From: the human T2T-CHM13v2.0 reference genome, Homo sapiens
NCBI RefSeq assembly: GCF_009914755.1
Contig: NC_060925.1
Length of the DNA: 64,000 bases
Reading direction: 5' to 3' (one strand)
Made by a program: the position numbers and the translations under genes. Shown here piece after piece: positions 13,395-26,070 of the stretch (positions within the stretch are counted from its first letter, which is position 1; every line of letters starts with the position of its first letter). The notes under the pieces are model-generated. The model was not told where the DNA came from. It worked only from the letters and a program-made list of their open reading frames with translations, and searched no databases.

Positions 13395-13810
13395 AGAACA
13401 GCACAGTAGTTGAGCCTATGGACAATGGAGCTAGACAGCTTGGGGCTGAATCTCAGCTTCCTATGTACCCAGGTTAAGTCACTTGGCCTCTTCATGCTTC
13501 CCCTTCCTCATAAGGTTCTCACGAGGATTATACGGGACAGTCTACAGGACATCTGCCTGGGACATAGTCAGCATCTACTGAGCATTCACAATGACCTTTT
13601 ACAGAGCACTTGCTATGTGCCAGGCATTGTCAGCACCTCACAGACATGACCTCATGTACTGTTTGTCACAACAGTTTTGTGAAGCAGGGGTTGTCATCTT
13701 CATTTGACAATGGGGGGAAACTGAGTCTTAGAGAAGCTATTGCCCTAGGTAATGAAGCAGCCCTGGGCAGTTCTGGATTCAGGTTTGAACGCAGGCCTCT
13801 AACTCACAGC
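13395..13810. mobile_element. Two adjacent MIRs in opposite orientation (+ about 13395-13585; - about 13590-13810)
   Basis: gagctagacagcttggggctgaatctcagct, then ggaaactgagtcttagagaag. Confidence 0.7.
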
Positions 13811-14232
13811 ACGGTAGTACCTGTGTTCTCCTACTGGGTCTCCCTCACTGGACTGTGAGCCACCCGAGGGCAGAGACGGCACCTTTTGCTTCCATATTCT
13901 CAGCTCAAGCCCAGTGCCTGGCCCAGTCTTGGCAAATATCTACAGGCACTTATAACCTACAAAGAGGGGAAGGCATGCTCATGCCTGACCAAAATAAAAC
14001 CCCATGACGAGGAGTGCTGTCAGGGAGGCAGGGCAAACTGGCCAGAGAAACCGAGAGGCGGGAAGATGCTCTCCAGCAGGCGAAGGAGGGGCAGCAGGGC
14101 CATCTTCCTTCCCATAGTATTGGGGTTTTCATATCACAGAGACAGGCCAAAGAGACACCTCTGTATCACCTTTCCTCCTAGAAATTAGGTTACAAAAGTA
14201 TATTGATTGAGGAGGAGGGAGGGAGGAAAAGC

Positions 14233-14262
14233 GTGTGAGTGTGTGTGAGTGTGTGTGTGTGT
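14233..14262. repeat. Interrupted (TG)n microsatellite
   Basis: gtgtgagtgtgtgtgagtgtgtgtgtgtgt. Confidence 0.9.
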
Positions 14263-17200
14263 TTTGCTGCAACGTGGGCTCGCCTATGCCTCTTATCCAA
14301 GATAAAAATGGCCAAAAGAAAATAAACTTCCTTCAACCATTTCCATGTTATTTTCTGGAATAAACACGTCAGGCAGGGCAGCCCAGAATGCCATGGGCCT
14401 TAGATGAGCATTTACAGTAATTCAACAACAGTGAAGCCGTGCGTGCCCGCGTGCATATGTGCAGGCGTGATCTACGTGGGGCTGGGTGTATCAGTCCCCA
14501 TTCCTGAGGGCAAGCAGCAGCAAATTAACAAAAAATATTCCCACCAGGCCTCACACTGCCAAAGAGTAAATATAATTATCCTTAATCAATACAGGCCCTT
14601 CAGCACGAGGTAATGGCTGTCCTGGGCTTAATTGTTTGCAGCAGCTGGAGAGGGAGGATGGCGGGAACAGAATGCTCCAGCTTCCCTCTGGCAGGGCAGG
14701 GAGTCCTGGAACTGCAGGCAGGATCCCAGGACAGCGAAGGGGAAAGTCAGAGGAAAAGTTCGACAGGGAGAAGGTCACATCATTTGCCCCAGGTTGACAG
14801 AGCTGTTGGTGGAATCACACAGCCCCTCCCTGAGCTCCCATGACAGCACCTGCCTAGGCCTCGCCTCTCCCACGGCCTCCCCTCAGGCCACTGTGCAGTC
14901 AAGGCAGGGCTAAGCAGCTCCTTTGCTGCCACCTCACCTTCTTGAGACATTGCCTGTGTTTCATGAGGACCTGTGTGTCCTAGGCACTGAGGGAGCTGAC
15001 AGACTGGAGCATATGCCTTGTCTCGAGCAGCTCGCTCATGGCCCACTCCTCAGCCACGCGATCGCCTGGAAGTCCCTGATACTAAGGGAGTGCAGTCACG
15101 GGGAAGGGAGCTGGATCTTGGGCATGACAAAGGCTGTCTGAGACTCAGCACCTGAGATCAGAACTCATGTCTGTGTAGTCTGCTCTATAGAGTGCTGAGT
15201 TCCTGACCCTGGGACCCCAGAGGGGTATGGTTGTGGGTGGGCACCTACAGACCATTTTCTGCATTCGAGAAAGTCCAATGGAAATGTCACACAGCCAGGG
15301 CTTTGGGACTAACCGCTCCTTTCCTGATGACTAACTCCTTTCCTGTCCCCCTCCCCTAGGTGCTGATCTCCACCCTGAAGTGACTCTCAGGTATCTGTCT
15401 ATATAGCTGCAAACAAATAGGCTCACAGATACTCAAGCCAAACCTGAAGGCCTCAGAAACCGTGGACTCCATTCCCTAGGCACTGCACAAGCCCAGGAGG
15501 GCTGCACTCACAGAGCCACACAGGCTTGGTTACAGGCGGCATGGTGCGTGGCCCCTGGGGCTGGCCCACCCAGCAGAAGTCCTGACTTTGCCTCCTCTTG
15601 GCTCCGAGACCTTGGGAGAATTATTTCACCTCTCCAAGCTTCCATTCTTGCCTGTAGGATGTGGATAGTAAGACCTGACGTTGTAGGGCGTGGAGATGAC
15701 GTGAGGTGGGCACAGGCCAGAGTAGAAGGATGCCAGGGACGCGGGATGTGCTGTCCACAGGGAGCGCTGGCTGCCTCATCCACAGGGGCTGGGGGCACCT
15801 CTCTTCCTTGCTCTTCCCTTTTCCCCTGTCTTCCAGTCTCCAGGCTGATCTCCATCCTTCCCCCAGTTCTCTCCTGCCCCTCCCTCTCCTTTCCTCCTCT
15901 CTGATTCCTCTCCTTCTCCCCCGCCGCTCCCTGTAGCTCCCTCCTCCTCGAGGCACAGGCGTGGGAGGTTTGGGCAGCTCACTTGTGCTCTGCTTGTTGT
16001 CTATTCCTGGCCAGGTGCAGGTGGCCCTCAGAGACTGGTGGTGTATTGATTGGGCCTGAACACTGTCTAGACACAGCAAACTACCCAAAGTGGGTGCTGC
16101 TACAATACCACCAAAAACTCCTCAGTGACTCTCGACTCTTAATTTCCCCTTTTCCTGGTGAGCAGAAGACAGAGGCTGTGACCTGGCCAGCCATCAGCTG
16201 TGCCACAGCACCCAGAAACAGCACTCAGCCTCCGGGAAGCAGCAAGCAGGGGCTAAGCCCAGGGGATCTGGCTCAGGGTCCCTACCCAGCCTACCCCATC
16301 TTCCTCTCTGCCCCCTGGGGTGGGTCTCTTGCTCCCAAGGACTCAAGGAATCCCACCTCTGTGAAAGGAACACCTGTGGCTTCAGGCCTGGCCCAGTGCC
16401 CCTGAGTCCCTCTACCCCTGTGGGTATTGTAGGAGCAGTCCTAGACCAAGCTCTGGGTACAATCCCATTTCTAGATGGGGGAAGCCGAGGAGTCCAGGTA
16501 GCAGCTCGGCTTCAAGGCCACTGGTACAACTGTGCAGGTCCTGGCTGAGAAGGGGCTGAAATCTGCATGGCTATATCTGTCGGGGTGGAGGGAAGCACCT
16601 TTTCTAATTTGCACAAAGATGCCATTTAGCTTGTCCAGGCCTGGCTCAACCTAGTGTCTTTTTGCTTATCTGTTCTCCTGAAAACTCCGTGGCCCTGTCC
16701 CCTGCCGGCACTGATTTCCTCTGTGGCTTGGCTCCTTCTCTGATCCCTTTATGCATTCTTTCTGGGATGTGACTTCCTGTATGATGCTCCAGCCCTCCTG
16801 TGACAGGATTCTGGATCTGAGACCCAGCCTCCTCCCCGTGGGCCCTCCATATCTTCCATCGGATCTCCCTGCCTGATTCAGCTCTCGACTTTCTGAGAGC
16901 AGAGGAGAGAGCCTACCTTCTTGCCTAGGTAACCCACCAGAGAGCCCATAACTCATCAGACATCTCACCGCGCTCCTTCCTGCTGCATCTTACCACCTTT
17001 AACTCTGTCCTTTTCTCTGCAGAGCTGGAGAATATCTGATTCTCCTCTAACCAATCCCTGCCCAAAAATGTCATTTTTCCTGGTCTAGTCCTAACAGGCC
17101 CTGCATAGAATTTCAAATCTCCTGGCACCCTCAGTTGGCCTGTTCCCTGCTCCTTGATTAGAGAAGCCCAAATTGCCTGAGTGCTAAGAATAGCATCATC

Positions 17201-17949
17201 ATCAGTGACTAAACAACCCGACTGACAGCACCCCCACCCCAGTGTGCTTGGGGACACAGCTCCTGAGCCTCTACCCCCTCGGGAATCCTTGGAGGCTGCT
17301 GTGCCATCTGGGGACCCCTCACAGCTGACCCATAGGCCTCCTTCCCCTTGAAATGTCCCCACAGTGGACCCTCCTTTCCTTGTGAACAATATAGGGATAT
17401 TTGATGAAGGGGTCTCATCACAATCACTCTGGGAGCCTAACATGTACAGACCCTGGGTCATAGCCTGGGCGCACTGAACTGGAACCTCCAGGACAGAGGC
17501 ATGAAGCTGTGTGTGAAGATAGCCCGCAGGGGATTCTGACATGGCTGGTCCGGCCACTGGCCACTGGGGACCACTGCACCAGGACTTTCTCGTGTTTGTC
17601 TTCAACTCACAAGAAGCCCAAGCAGTGGCCCTTGAGCATTCTCAGCCAGGGACTGGGAGAGTGACCAGTGACATTGTTGGCGGCAGAAAAAGGCTGGCCC
17701 CATGTTCAAACACCCACATGACACAGACACATAGGGCACAAACCACAACTGCGAAGATGGAACTGAGCATGTCTCTCACATGAGAAACCCCGTGTGGGGT
17801 TTACTCTCTGTAACAGGACCCTGGCACTTAGGTTTCTCCTCAATGTTGGTCTCCTTGTGTATCTCTCATCCATGTTATTGTTGAGCTCCTGTACTGTGCA
17901 GCTGTTTAGGTCCCTATAATGTCCTTAGAATCATTCCCACTGACCTAAT

Positions 17950-18670
17950 AACCCCCACCCCTGCTACTTTTTATCTGACAACTCCTAATCATCCTTCAAA
18001 ACCCAACTTGGACATAACCATTCCTAGGAAGTCTTCCTTGAGCTGCTATTTTATCCACTCCACATAAGTAATTGTTTCTTTCTCTCTTACCTTTAAAAGG
18101 CTCTTCTTGTGATGGACATATTCCACTGACTTATAATGATTTTGTTTGTCCGTCTTTCCTCTAGATCAGGGCAGTAACTGTGTCTAAGCACCTTCATATC
18201 ATCTAACACATGTGGTAGGTGCTTGATAAATGCTTGCTGAGTCAATGAGCGCAGTGTGAGTCTTCCCCTCTAGAATGCAGTTTCCTTGAGTCCTTAAGGA
18301 CTGTTCATCTTCTAAAAGCCAGCACAGTGCTTAACCCAGCTCACATACCTCTGTGGAATAAATGAAATGTCATTGCCTCCCTTCTGCCCCAAAACTCATC
18401 TGTACTCAATGAAAATCTCAACAATCTCATCACAACTCCTCCTGGCAAATTTAGTCACTCCCTTCTCTGTGTTCAAACCTCTGTAAACATGCCTGCATTA
18501 CAGTCTTTACCCCATTGTATTGCAAACATTTGTTTACTTATCTGTCTTCCTCACTAGACGTGAGCTCCTCAGGGACCAAGCCTGTTCCTCATTCTTCTTG
18601 TATTCCCCAACGCAGCACCTAGCAGGGAATCTGGCACAATGCGAACACTCAGTGCCTGTGTGTGGGGTGA
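17950..18670 (+). mobile_element. Cluster of L2 3'-end fragments
   Basis: gtaggtgcttgataaatgcttgctgagtcaatga; actagacgtgagctcctcaggg. Confidence 0.7.
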
Positions 18671-19889
18671 ATCACCACCATGAGGCGGCCGTGGCTATGG
18701 AACAAAGAGTGGCTCACAGCTCAACAGGGACCCTGGATTCTCCAGGAGAGACTCCTCAGAGCCACTGCCCACTTGCTGAGGGCAGTAAGGTGCAAAGGAT
18801 GTTTACCACGACAGCCAGCAACTTGGTTTGGCTCCCTATAGCCTCCTCTTGTCTCTGCCTCTAAGCTCCCAGGAGTACCTGACCCATCAATCTCTACAGC
18901 TGCCACTGTCTGGATAATCAACTATTTGTGGAGGTCACAAAATACGTGGGTCACAGGCTCAGGTTTCTCCCCTGGAGGATGGATGGAGCTTTTCTTTGTC
19001 CTCTTCTCATCCTAGTCACCTGCGTTGCCCAATATTAATCAGGTGCCTACTATGTCTAAGTCCCTATTCCAGGTGCTGAAAGCACTTTTCTGGAAAGTCT
19101 GAGTGGTCAGTGGTTGTCATGACTTGGAGGAAGGTTGGCAGGGAGAAGATGGAGTGGGGGCTGGAAAAGCAAAGCAAGCCCAGGAACAAGAAATTACAAA
19201 TGCCTTCAAGGCAGCCTGCAGCCCTCAGCCCTCTGTGGGGCCTGCTCAGCAACATGCCTAGCAGGTGGGGAGTCCTTTTTGTGGGCCGGCAGGGACTAAG
19301 CCTGAGCTGTGCATGCTGGCAACAGGCGTCATCTACATAAGCCTGGCCCAGACAGCTTCCAGCCTGGTGCTGGGCTCTGTCTCCGGCACCTTCTTTTAAG
19401 GGGTAATCATTTTAATAAATAGGGATTGTGGGCCTCTTGCCTGAGAGTGAAACTGAAATCGAATCCATAATCCAGACAGAGGGGAGTGCAGCTGCACTGG
19501 GTTAATTACGCACACACCAAGCATATGGCAGCGCACCTCCAGACCAACAGGCGGAGAGCATTCTCTGGGATGCAATTAGTTCCTGTGCATGCATAAAAAA
19601 TGAGCCAGCACCTCCAAAAGAAAAATAAAATTGCTGAAGTCATAACCTCAATCCAGTGTAATTACAATCACTGAGTCGTACCACTTAGGTTTAAGCAACA
19701 TTCACTCATCCGCTCTCAGGCAGGTGGGCTTGCCTAGTGGTGGTTTTCTTCAGCTCCGCTCTGCCCGTGCTTCCTCCACTTCCCCGACCCCTGCTCTCCC
19801 ACAGCACCCTTTCCCTCCCCAAGTCCTGAGCACCACATTGTTTAACCCTGGTCCTCCACGGTGATGTGATAAGTAGAGCATGATTCTTA

Positions 19890-20250
19890 GAGTCATAGTA
19901 ACAGCATGCATGCAGGGAGCCTGGCACTTTACATGAATTATCCACTGATCCTCACGGCAATGCTATGAGATAGGTAATGATACTAACCCCACTTTCCAGG
20001 TGGAGAAATCGAGGCTTAGAAAATGCAGTGGGTTGTGCAAGGCTGTGCAGACAGGGTGAGCCCATTGTGCTTGGTGGACTTGGAAATGGAACAACTGGGC
20101 TGGAATTTCCAGCATCAGAACTTGAGGCAAGTCATTTCATCTTTTTTGAGTCATTTTTATCTCCCCTCTCTGGGAAAGTGTGACAATAAAACTAACTTTC
20201 AGGGTCGTTCTGGTGTGAGGATTAAATGAAATCTTGTATGTGAAAGTGGC
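19890..20250. mobile_element. Two adjacent MIRs in opposite orientation
   Basis: gatcctcacggcaatgctatgagatagg (-), then tgtgaggattaaatgaaa (+). Confidence 0.7.
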
Positions 20251-20339
20251 AAGCAGGCAGCAGACCTTCAATTGAGGTCTGGTGAGCTACAATGCATAGT
20301 GATTGGGAACCCAGCTCTAGAACCAGAACAATCTGGGGG

Positions 20340-20690
20340 GAATCTCCTTTGCTTCTCCCAACCTCCCCTCACTTCCTTCACATTTTTGCTCAAATGTCAC
20401 CTTGTCAGGCAACCTCCCCTGATTACCCTAATTTGAATCACAAAGCCCACCCCGGCACTCCATAGCCTCATTCTTTGCTTTGTGTTGTTCATAACACTCA
20501 TTATCTTTTCACACACGGTCCATGATGCTTTCTTTCCTCATTCCTGTGTCCCCACCCCTGTTCCCTACTAGAGTGTAAGCTCCATGCGGGCAGTGAGGTT
20601 CATCTGCTTTGTTCACTGCTGTCTTCCCAGCACTAAGGATAATGCCCAGCACCTAGTAGGTGCTCAATAACGGTTTATTGAATGAATAAA
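20340..20690 (+). mobile_element. L2 3' end
   Basis: ctagagtgtaagctccatg...tagtaggtgctcaataacggtttattgaatgaataaatga. Confidence 0.88.
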
Positions 20691-20691
20691 T

Positions 20692-20820
20692 GATTAACCT
20701 CAGTTTCATCATCTGTAAAACACCACCTTTTTGAGTTTTTGTGAGGATTGCATGAGATGGCTTCTAGAATGCATAATACAGTGCTTGGCATTTGGTACTT
20801 GCTCCAAACACGATAGTTAT
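20692..20820 (+). mobile_element. MIR SINE
   Basis: cctcagtttcatcatctgtaaaa...gtgaggattgcatgaga. Confidence 0.75.
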
Positions 20821-21121
20821 GAGAGATGAGGCTGTTTATTCTCTGTTCACCAGCGTAGCTCCAGTGCTCAGGAGAGTGGTTCATATAAGGTAGATGTTTG
20901 CTAAATATCTGCTGAGTGGATTATTGTTTGAAGGTTTTTTGAGCCTGAAAAAGTACAGAAGGCCTGTCAGAACATGGGGCCCCTCATGCTCCTGCTCTAA
21001 AAAATGGCCTGTGGCCCACAGAGGGTCCTAGCTGAGAATGTTGTACTGCTCAGAGCATGGCCGCTCACCAAAGCAGGCACCTGGCAGCTGACTCTAGTTG
21101 GAAACCTTCTTGACCAGGGGG

Positions 21122-21248
21122 TAGAGATGCCAGATAAAATATAGTATGTCCAGTTAAATATGAACTTCAGATAATGTAATATTTGGGACATATTTAAACT
21201 AAAAAGTTTCATTGTTCTGTGTTTTAATTTGTGAAATCTGGCACCCAA
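21122..21248. mobile_element. MER53-like hAT MITE, internally deleted
   Basis: tgccagataaaatatagtatgtccagttaaatatgaacttcagataa...aaatctggca. Confidence 0.75.
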
Positions 21249-22589
21249 GCTGGAGGATGTATTTTCAAGGCACTCTGAGAAGATGGAGGCATCAGGGAGA
21301 CCCCCTGGGCTACGACCATCTCTTCTCCTCTGCTGTGGCTAGAGGGGCTTAGCCTAGATAGGGACTTTGGGGAGCTCAGAGGCAGAAAGGCAGAAACCAA
21401 GACCTGTGGGAGGTGAGTCGGTTGTCCAGTGGAGGGGTCAGAGGGGCAAGGAAAGGCAGGCGTCGGGTGAGACACTGACCCTTGCCACTGGGCAGAGGCT
21501 GGTTCTCTGAGGAGTGGCTGTGAAAGGGCAGCAGTACAAAGTGTTTCTTTGTGACACACACACATCCTGCTCTTAGTTGCTGCTACTAAAATATCTCCCA
21601 CATTTGCAAATTGCTTCATCCATCAGTCTCAGGGTGGATGTCTCCTCTGTTTGAGAGATGAGGGGACTAAGGCCTCGAGTTACCAAAAGCACTGCCTGTG
21701 TTTCCCCACTGGTTAGCTGCTGAGCTGGAGCCTCCTGGCCTCCTGGTGCCGGGCTACTCTTTGAAAAGGGGTGAAACAAGGCCTCGCTGTCTAGTCAGTG
21801 CCATTAGGGAACTTCAAAGCACCTGGAGAATCTCACTCACATTTCCTGGGGACCTTCTACATCCCCGGCATCCTGTCACAGAGTAAGGTACCTGCCACTC
21901 TGTGGCTTCGTCAGTCCTGCCGCTTAAGGGCTCACCTGACTGTGCCCTGTCTCCATCCTGGTCTGGCCAGCTGCTCTCACCACCCCCTGGGGTCCACTTC
22001 ATGAAACTGAGATCCTTAGGCCCATGGGGGAGGTTAAGCTGAGGTCAAACCCAGACTGAAACCTCACAACCAGAGCTCCCCTTTTGTGTTCTGGAGCTCC
22101 AAGGCCTGGGCTGCTTCTCAATCCTGCAGTGCCCCAGAATGTCCAGTTGGGCAGCCTCCAGTCCCATATATTCCCCTCATGGGGACAAGCCTGCCAGCCT
22201 CCCTCCTGAGTATGAGTTCCCAGTGTCCGTTATCCGAAAGCTAACTCATCCCCCTCATCTTCCAAGGTCAGGGAGGCGTGTTCCAGCAAGTGCAACCCAG
22301 GGTGACTCTGATCACCAGCTTGTAATTACTTTTCACACCTTGGTTACATCATGATGGTCCTTGAGCTGAGTCTTTGTCTTATGCTAATGACCACATACCA
22401 GCCTGGCCTGAGAAGGCTGTGGAGGGGATCTTCCGATAGCAAGGAGGCTGCTGGATCTCTGGCCAAACTGCTGAAATTTGGGAAGCTTTGGGGTACATAT
22501 CCTTGGGGCATAGGTCAGAGTCAGCATCCTGTTCTCTATATGGGTCTAGGAGGACCATATCTCTCACCTTAGACCTTTTCCATAACCCC

Positions 22590-23010
22590 CTGCTGCACAC
22601 CTCCACCCCAGGCAGGTGGCACACTCAAATCAGGGTATGGGAGAAGGTTTATAAAGGGGCTGCCTACAGAGATGTGGGCAGGGTCTACAGAAACCACGAG
22701 GGATGGCTCCACTCAAAGGAAAGTAAAGTGGCACTGTCACCATCTAGGCTAACTGGATGAGGGGAGGGAGTGGGACCAAAGCCTAGGAGAAGAGAATCAT
22801 AGAAACGGCCCCCTCAAGAGGAGCTATGGCCTTCAACTATGGGGCAGAGCCAGTCCCAGATGACCTGCAGGGAGGCAGCCAAGGGAGTACCCCAACCTCA
22901 CCCTCTTTTCTCCCTCCAGGCTCTTGCCAGGACCCCCACTGGCCAAACCCAGCCAGAAGCCAGGATGGAGAAGGATGGCGAGCAGACCTGGACGGAGACC
23001 CTCCCTGATG
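22590..23010 (-). mobile_element. ERVL LTR (LTR33/LTR41-like)
   Basis: ggcacactcaaat...taccccaacctcaccctc...ggccaaacccagccagaagccag. Confidence 0.65.
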
Positions 23011-24799
23011 AATACCCAAGGGACTGCCTCCGCACTCTGCACCTGCCTTGCAGGGGAGAGAAGAGGTAGGATAGCAGGGGTGTTTTCACTGTCCACAGTA
23101 AGTTTGGTGAGGGCATGGATGTGGGGTGGGGAGATGTTTTCAGAAGTTTCAGAACACACAATTTGGTCTCAGAAGCCTTGAGACCTTGCACTGTGTGTGG
23201 CCCTGGTCAAGTTGCTTGCCCTCTTTGGTCCCTGCTCTTCTCCCTATAGCAGCATTGCTAATTCCACACAGGGCGACTGTGATCATTACAGAGGATAACA
23301 TGAGTGGAAGCTCTCCGCGTGCTGTGCACAGGGCACTTAGTAGATGTGCAATAAGCACAACCTGAATCTAGAATGGCAGCTGGTGGTCGCCTGGTAGCCT
23401 CGGCCTCCCCTCCAAACCCGGGCTTCCTGCCTGCTGTCTCTCTCAGCCTCCCTCAGGCCAGACCCCCCCTTGCACATGGTGGATCCTGAGCCTCTGCCCG
23501 ACTTGGGGTCAGCGCCAGGAAGCCTGCTGCCAGCCCCACCTGCCAAAGGTGACTGCTGGCTAGCACTGGCCTGTCCCAGCATCTGGCAGAGCTTACTTAT
23601 GAGCACTGGTTCCAAGCCCCAAGTGACTGCATTGCTAGGTGTCAAGGTGTGCAAAGGAGCTGGGGGCCAGACTGGATGGAGGAGGGAGGGGGACCCAGGG
23701 AAAGGGACCTACCTTGTGAGATCCTGTCCCCTGTCCTCTGGGCAAGCAGCTAAGCAGGGCAGGAAGAGGGGGAGGGCCTCTTCTGCCTGAGAGAAACCAG
23801 CAGCTGCCTGTCTACCTTGTTAACTGGAGCACAATTAAAGCAGTTAGGAGTCGAGGACGTCTCATGTTTATTCATGTACCTTTGACACACTGTCTTTCTG
23901 TGTCGGTCACAGTCCCTGTGGGTGCTTTGTGGCCACTCCTCCTCCTCTAACCTTCTCTGCCTCCACCCAGTTCCTGGACACTCGTCATGCGCCTTCTCAT
24001 TGATTTCATTTACAAATAGTAAGTGAACATCTGTAAAACGCCTTGCAGTTTACAAAGCACTTTTCATATTCGTTACTTTGGGTAAGCCTCACAGCAGCCC
24101 TGTATGGTTTCTAGGATCATCATCGCGGTGTTACAGATGCTCTGGGCTCCACAGTCCCTGAGAGAAGGTGCAGCCCTGGGCGTGGGGTCACAGCGCGTGC
24201 TGAGGAGGACAGAGATGTCTGCACCATTCTGCTTCTGTGCAGAGGGCACGGGGCTGGTTTTGCTGACCCAGGTAGCGGGGACAGGACGAAGTGTTCCTGT
24301 GGGCTGATGGAGTGAGTGTTGTCCTCCTCCTCTCCTGGCTGAGCTCCGAAGGCTTCTTTTGCCAGCATATGCAGTACAGCCGGGAGAAGTAAATACCCGT
24401 CGCTTATGGGGGGTGTTGGCAACCCTCAGTCAGAAGAACAGTGTGGTGATTGTTGCCTCCTCAGCAAATCTATGCCTCTGACAACCGCTTGGCCCAGCCC
24501 TCCAGGGGACTCCAGCTGTCTTCTCCTCTCTGTTCCTGTTAGGGGTACCCAGAGTACTCCTAGGCTTGCCCCCTTTCTCGGTGGAAGGTCCTCCCCAGCG
24601 CCAGGTGAACTCACTGGTCCACAGGTGCTGCCTCTGGGAGGCATCCTCTGATCCCCCTATCTAAAGAGCCCCCTCCTTGACTCTCCATCTTCTAATAGAA
24701 TTTTTCTTAATAGTACATTTAACCTTAGTAATATATGAATTTCACTTTTTTTGCAATCTAGAATGAATGAATGATACTAGACCTTAAGAAAGCTTCAAC

Positions 24800-24960
24800 T
24801 CATGTTTATGAACACCTACTGTGTACCAGGCACATTTACTTGGGTTATTAAAAAATTTTTCTGATTCTCGCAATAATGCTGTGAGATGGTCTGCAGTGCC
24901 CCCATTAGGACAGGAAACTGATACTCAGAAGAGTGACGTGACTTACTGGAGGTTGTCGGC
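24800..24960 (-). mobile_element. MIR SINE
   Basis: tttatgaacacctactgtgtaccaggcac...caggaaactgatactcaga. Confidence 0.7.
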
Positions 24961-25309
24961 TGCCGGTTCTACATCTCAGCGAAAGGCACCTTCAAACATG
25001 TGGCTGCCCAAGTTAGTGAACTGAGAGTCACGTAGGCCTCCTTCTCACCCGTGCCCACCAAAGGCACACATGGAAACAATCATCCAGTCTTGTAAACCCC
25101 ACTATTAGAGTTTTTCTTAACTCCATCAAATCCCTTCTCCCTTGCCATTTCCCTGGGCAAACCCACCAGCATCTCTTAGGGACTGCCTTACTTTGACGCT
25201 TCAAAGTGTCCAGTTCTCTCCTCTGTAAAAGGTGAGTAAGTTCAACCTATCCTGAGCCAAAGTCCCTCCAAAGGCCTATGAGATAGGGTGACTTGACATC
25301 ATGGTTTTG

Positions 25310-25556
25310 GGGGCTGCATTATGATTTTTGTGGATCCTTTGCTTTCATGGTCCCATTTCTCCATAAAAACTTTTTAAAAATTAGACTTTTAAATAGCATG
25401 GGAATGAAGACAAATATAATCCAGACTAAATTCATTATTATCATGTTGATTTTTTCTTCTGATTAAAAAAAAAGTTAAAACATTGTCATGGGCCCCTAAA
25501 AGTGTTGTGGGCCCTAAGCACAGTCTCTCCTGTGCCTGATGGATGGGTCAGTTCTG
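25310..25556. mobile_element. ORSL-like hAT-Tip100 element
   Basis: aatataatccagactaaattcattatt...gggcccctaaaagtgttgtgggccctaagcac. Confidence 0.7.
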
Positions 25557-25619
25557 TTATCCACAGGTCAGTTTTAGCACTGAAAGTCCCCCATCCCAGG
25601 ACAACCCTCAGTCCCAGGC

Positions 25620-26070
25620 AAAATGGAGTGGTTGGTCACTCTCCTACAAGGCCTTCCATGATCTGACTCCCCACTGCCTCTCTAACCTCAATGCCTACTC
25701 TTTTCCCTTGGCCAGTTCTGCTCTAGACACTCCCCTGCCCCCAGGCTGGTCCTGGATCAAATGAGGACACTCCTGCCTCAGGGCCTTTGCACTTATCCTC
25801 CCCTCTGCCTGGCATAAACGCTTGGCTAACTTTATTCAGATCTTTGGTCAAATGTCACCTTGTCATTTGGGACCTTCTGGGACCAGCAGCACAATAGCTC
25901 TCTCACTGGTCTCCATTTCTCCCTCCTACTCATGTCCAGTTTTTTTCTCCACACAGCAGCCAGAGTGACCTTTCAAAAAAGCAAATTTGATCATGTCTGT
26001 CTCCTATTTAAAATGTTTCTCAGTTCCCACTGTTTTTAGAAGATTGAAACTCTCTAGCATGACCTACAAG
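25620..26070 (+). mobile_element. L2 fragments
   Basis: ctcctgcctcagggcctttgcactt; ctccacacagcagccagagtgaccttt. Confidence 0.8.

Noticed and set aside
13151-13495. Poly-Ala/poly-Ser ORFs
   Set aside because: Produced by the CTG repeat between L2 and MIR remnants; no coding evidence.
16925-17605. Longest ORF (226 aa, minus strand)
   Set aside because: No recognisable domain or exon structure and a non-ATG start; expected by chance in roughly 50% GC DNA.
25228-25240. Isolated strong splice donors (AAG|GTGAGT here; similar near 54051, 59861, and minus strand near 60510)
   Set aside because: Such motifs occur by chance at this frequency, and no coherent exon chain or reading frame was found.
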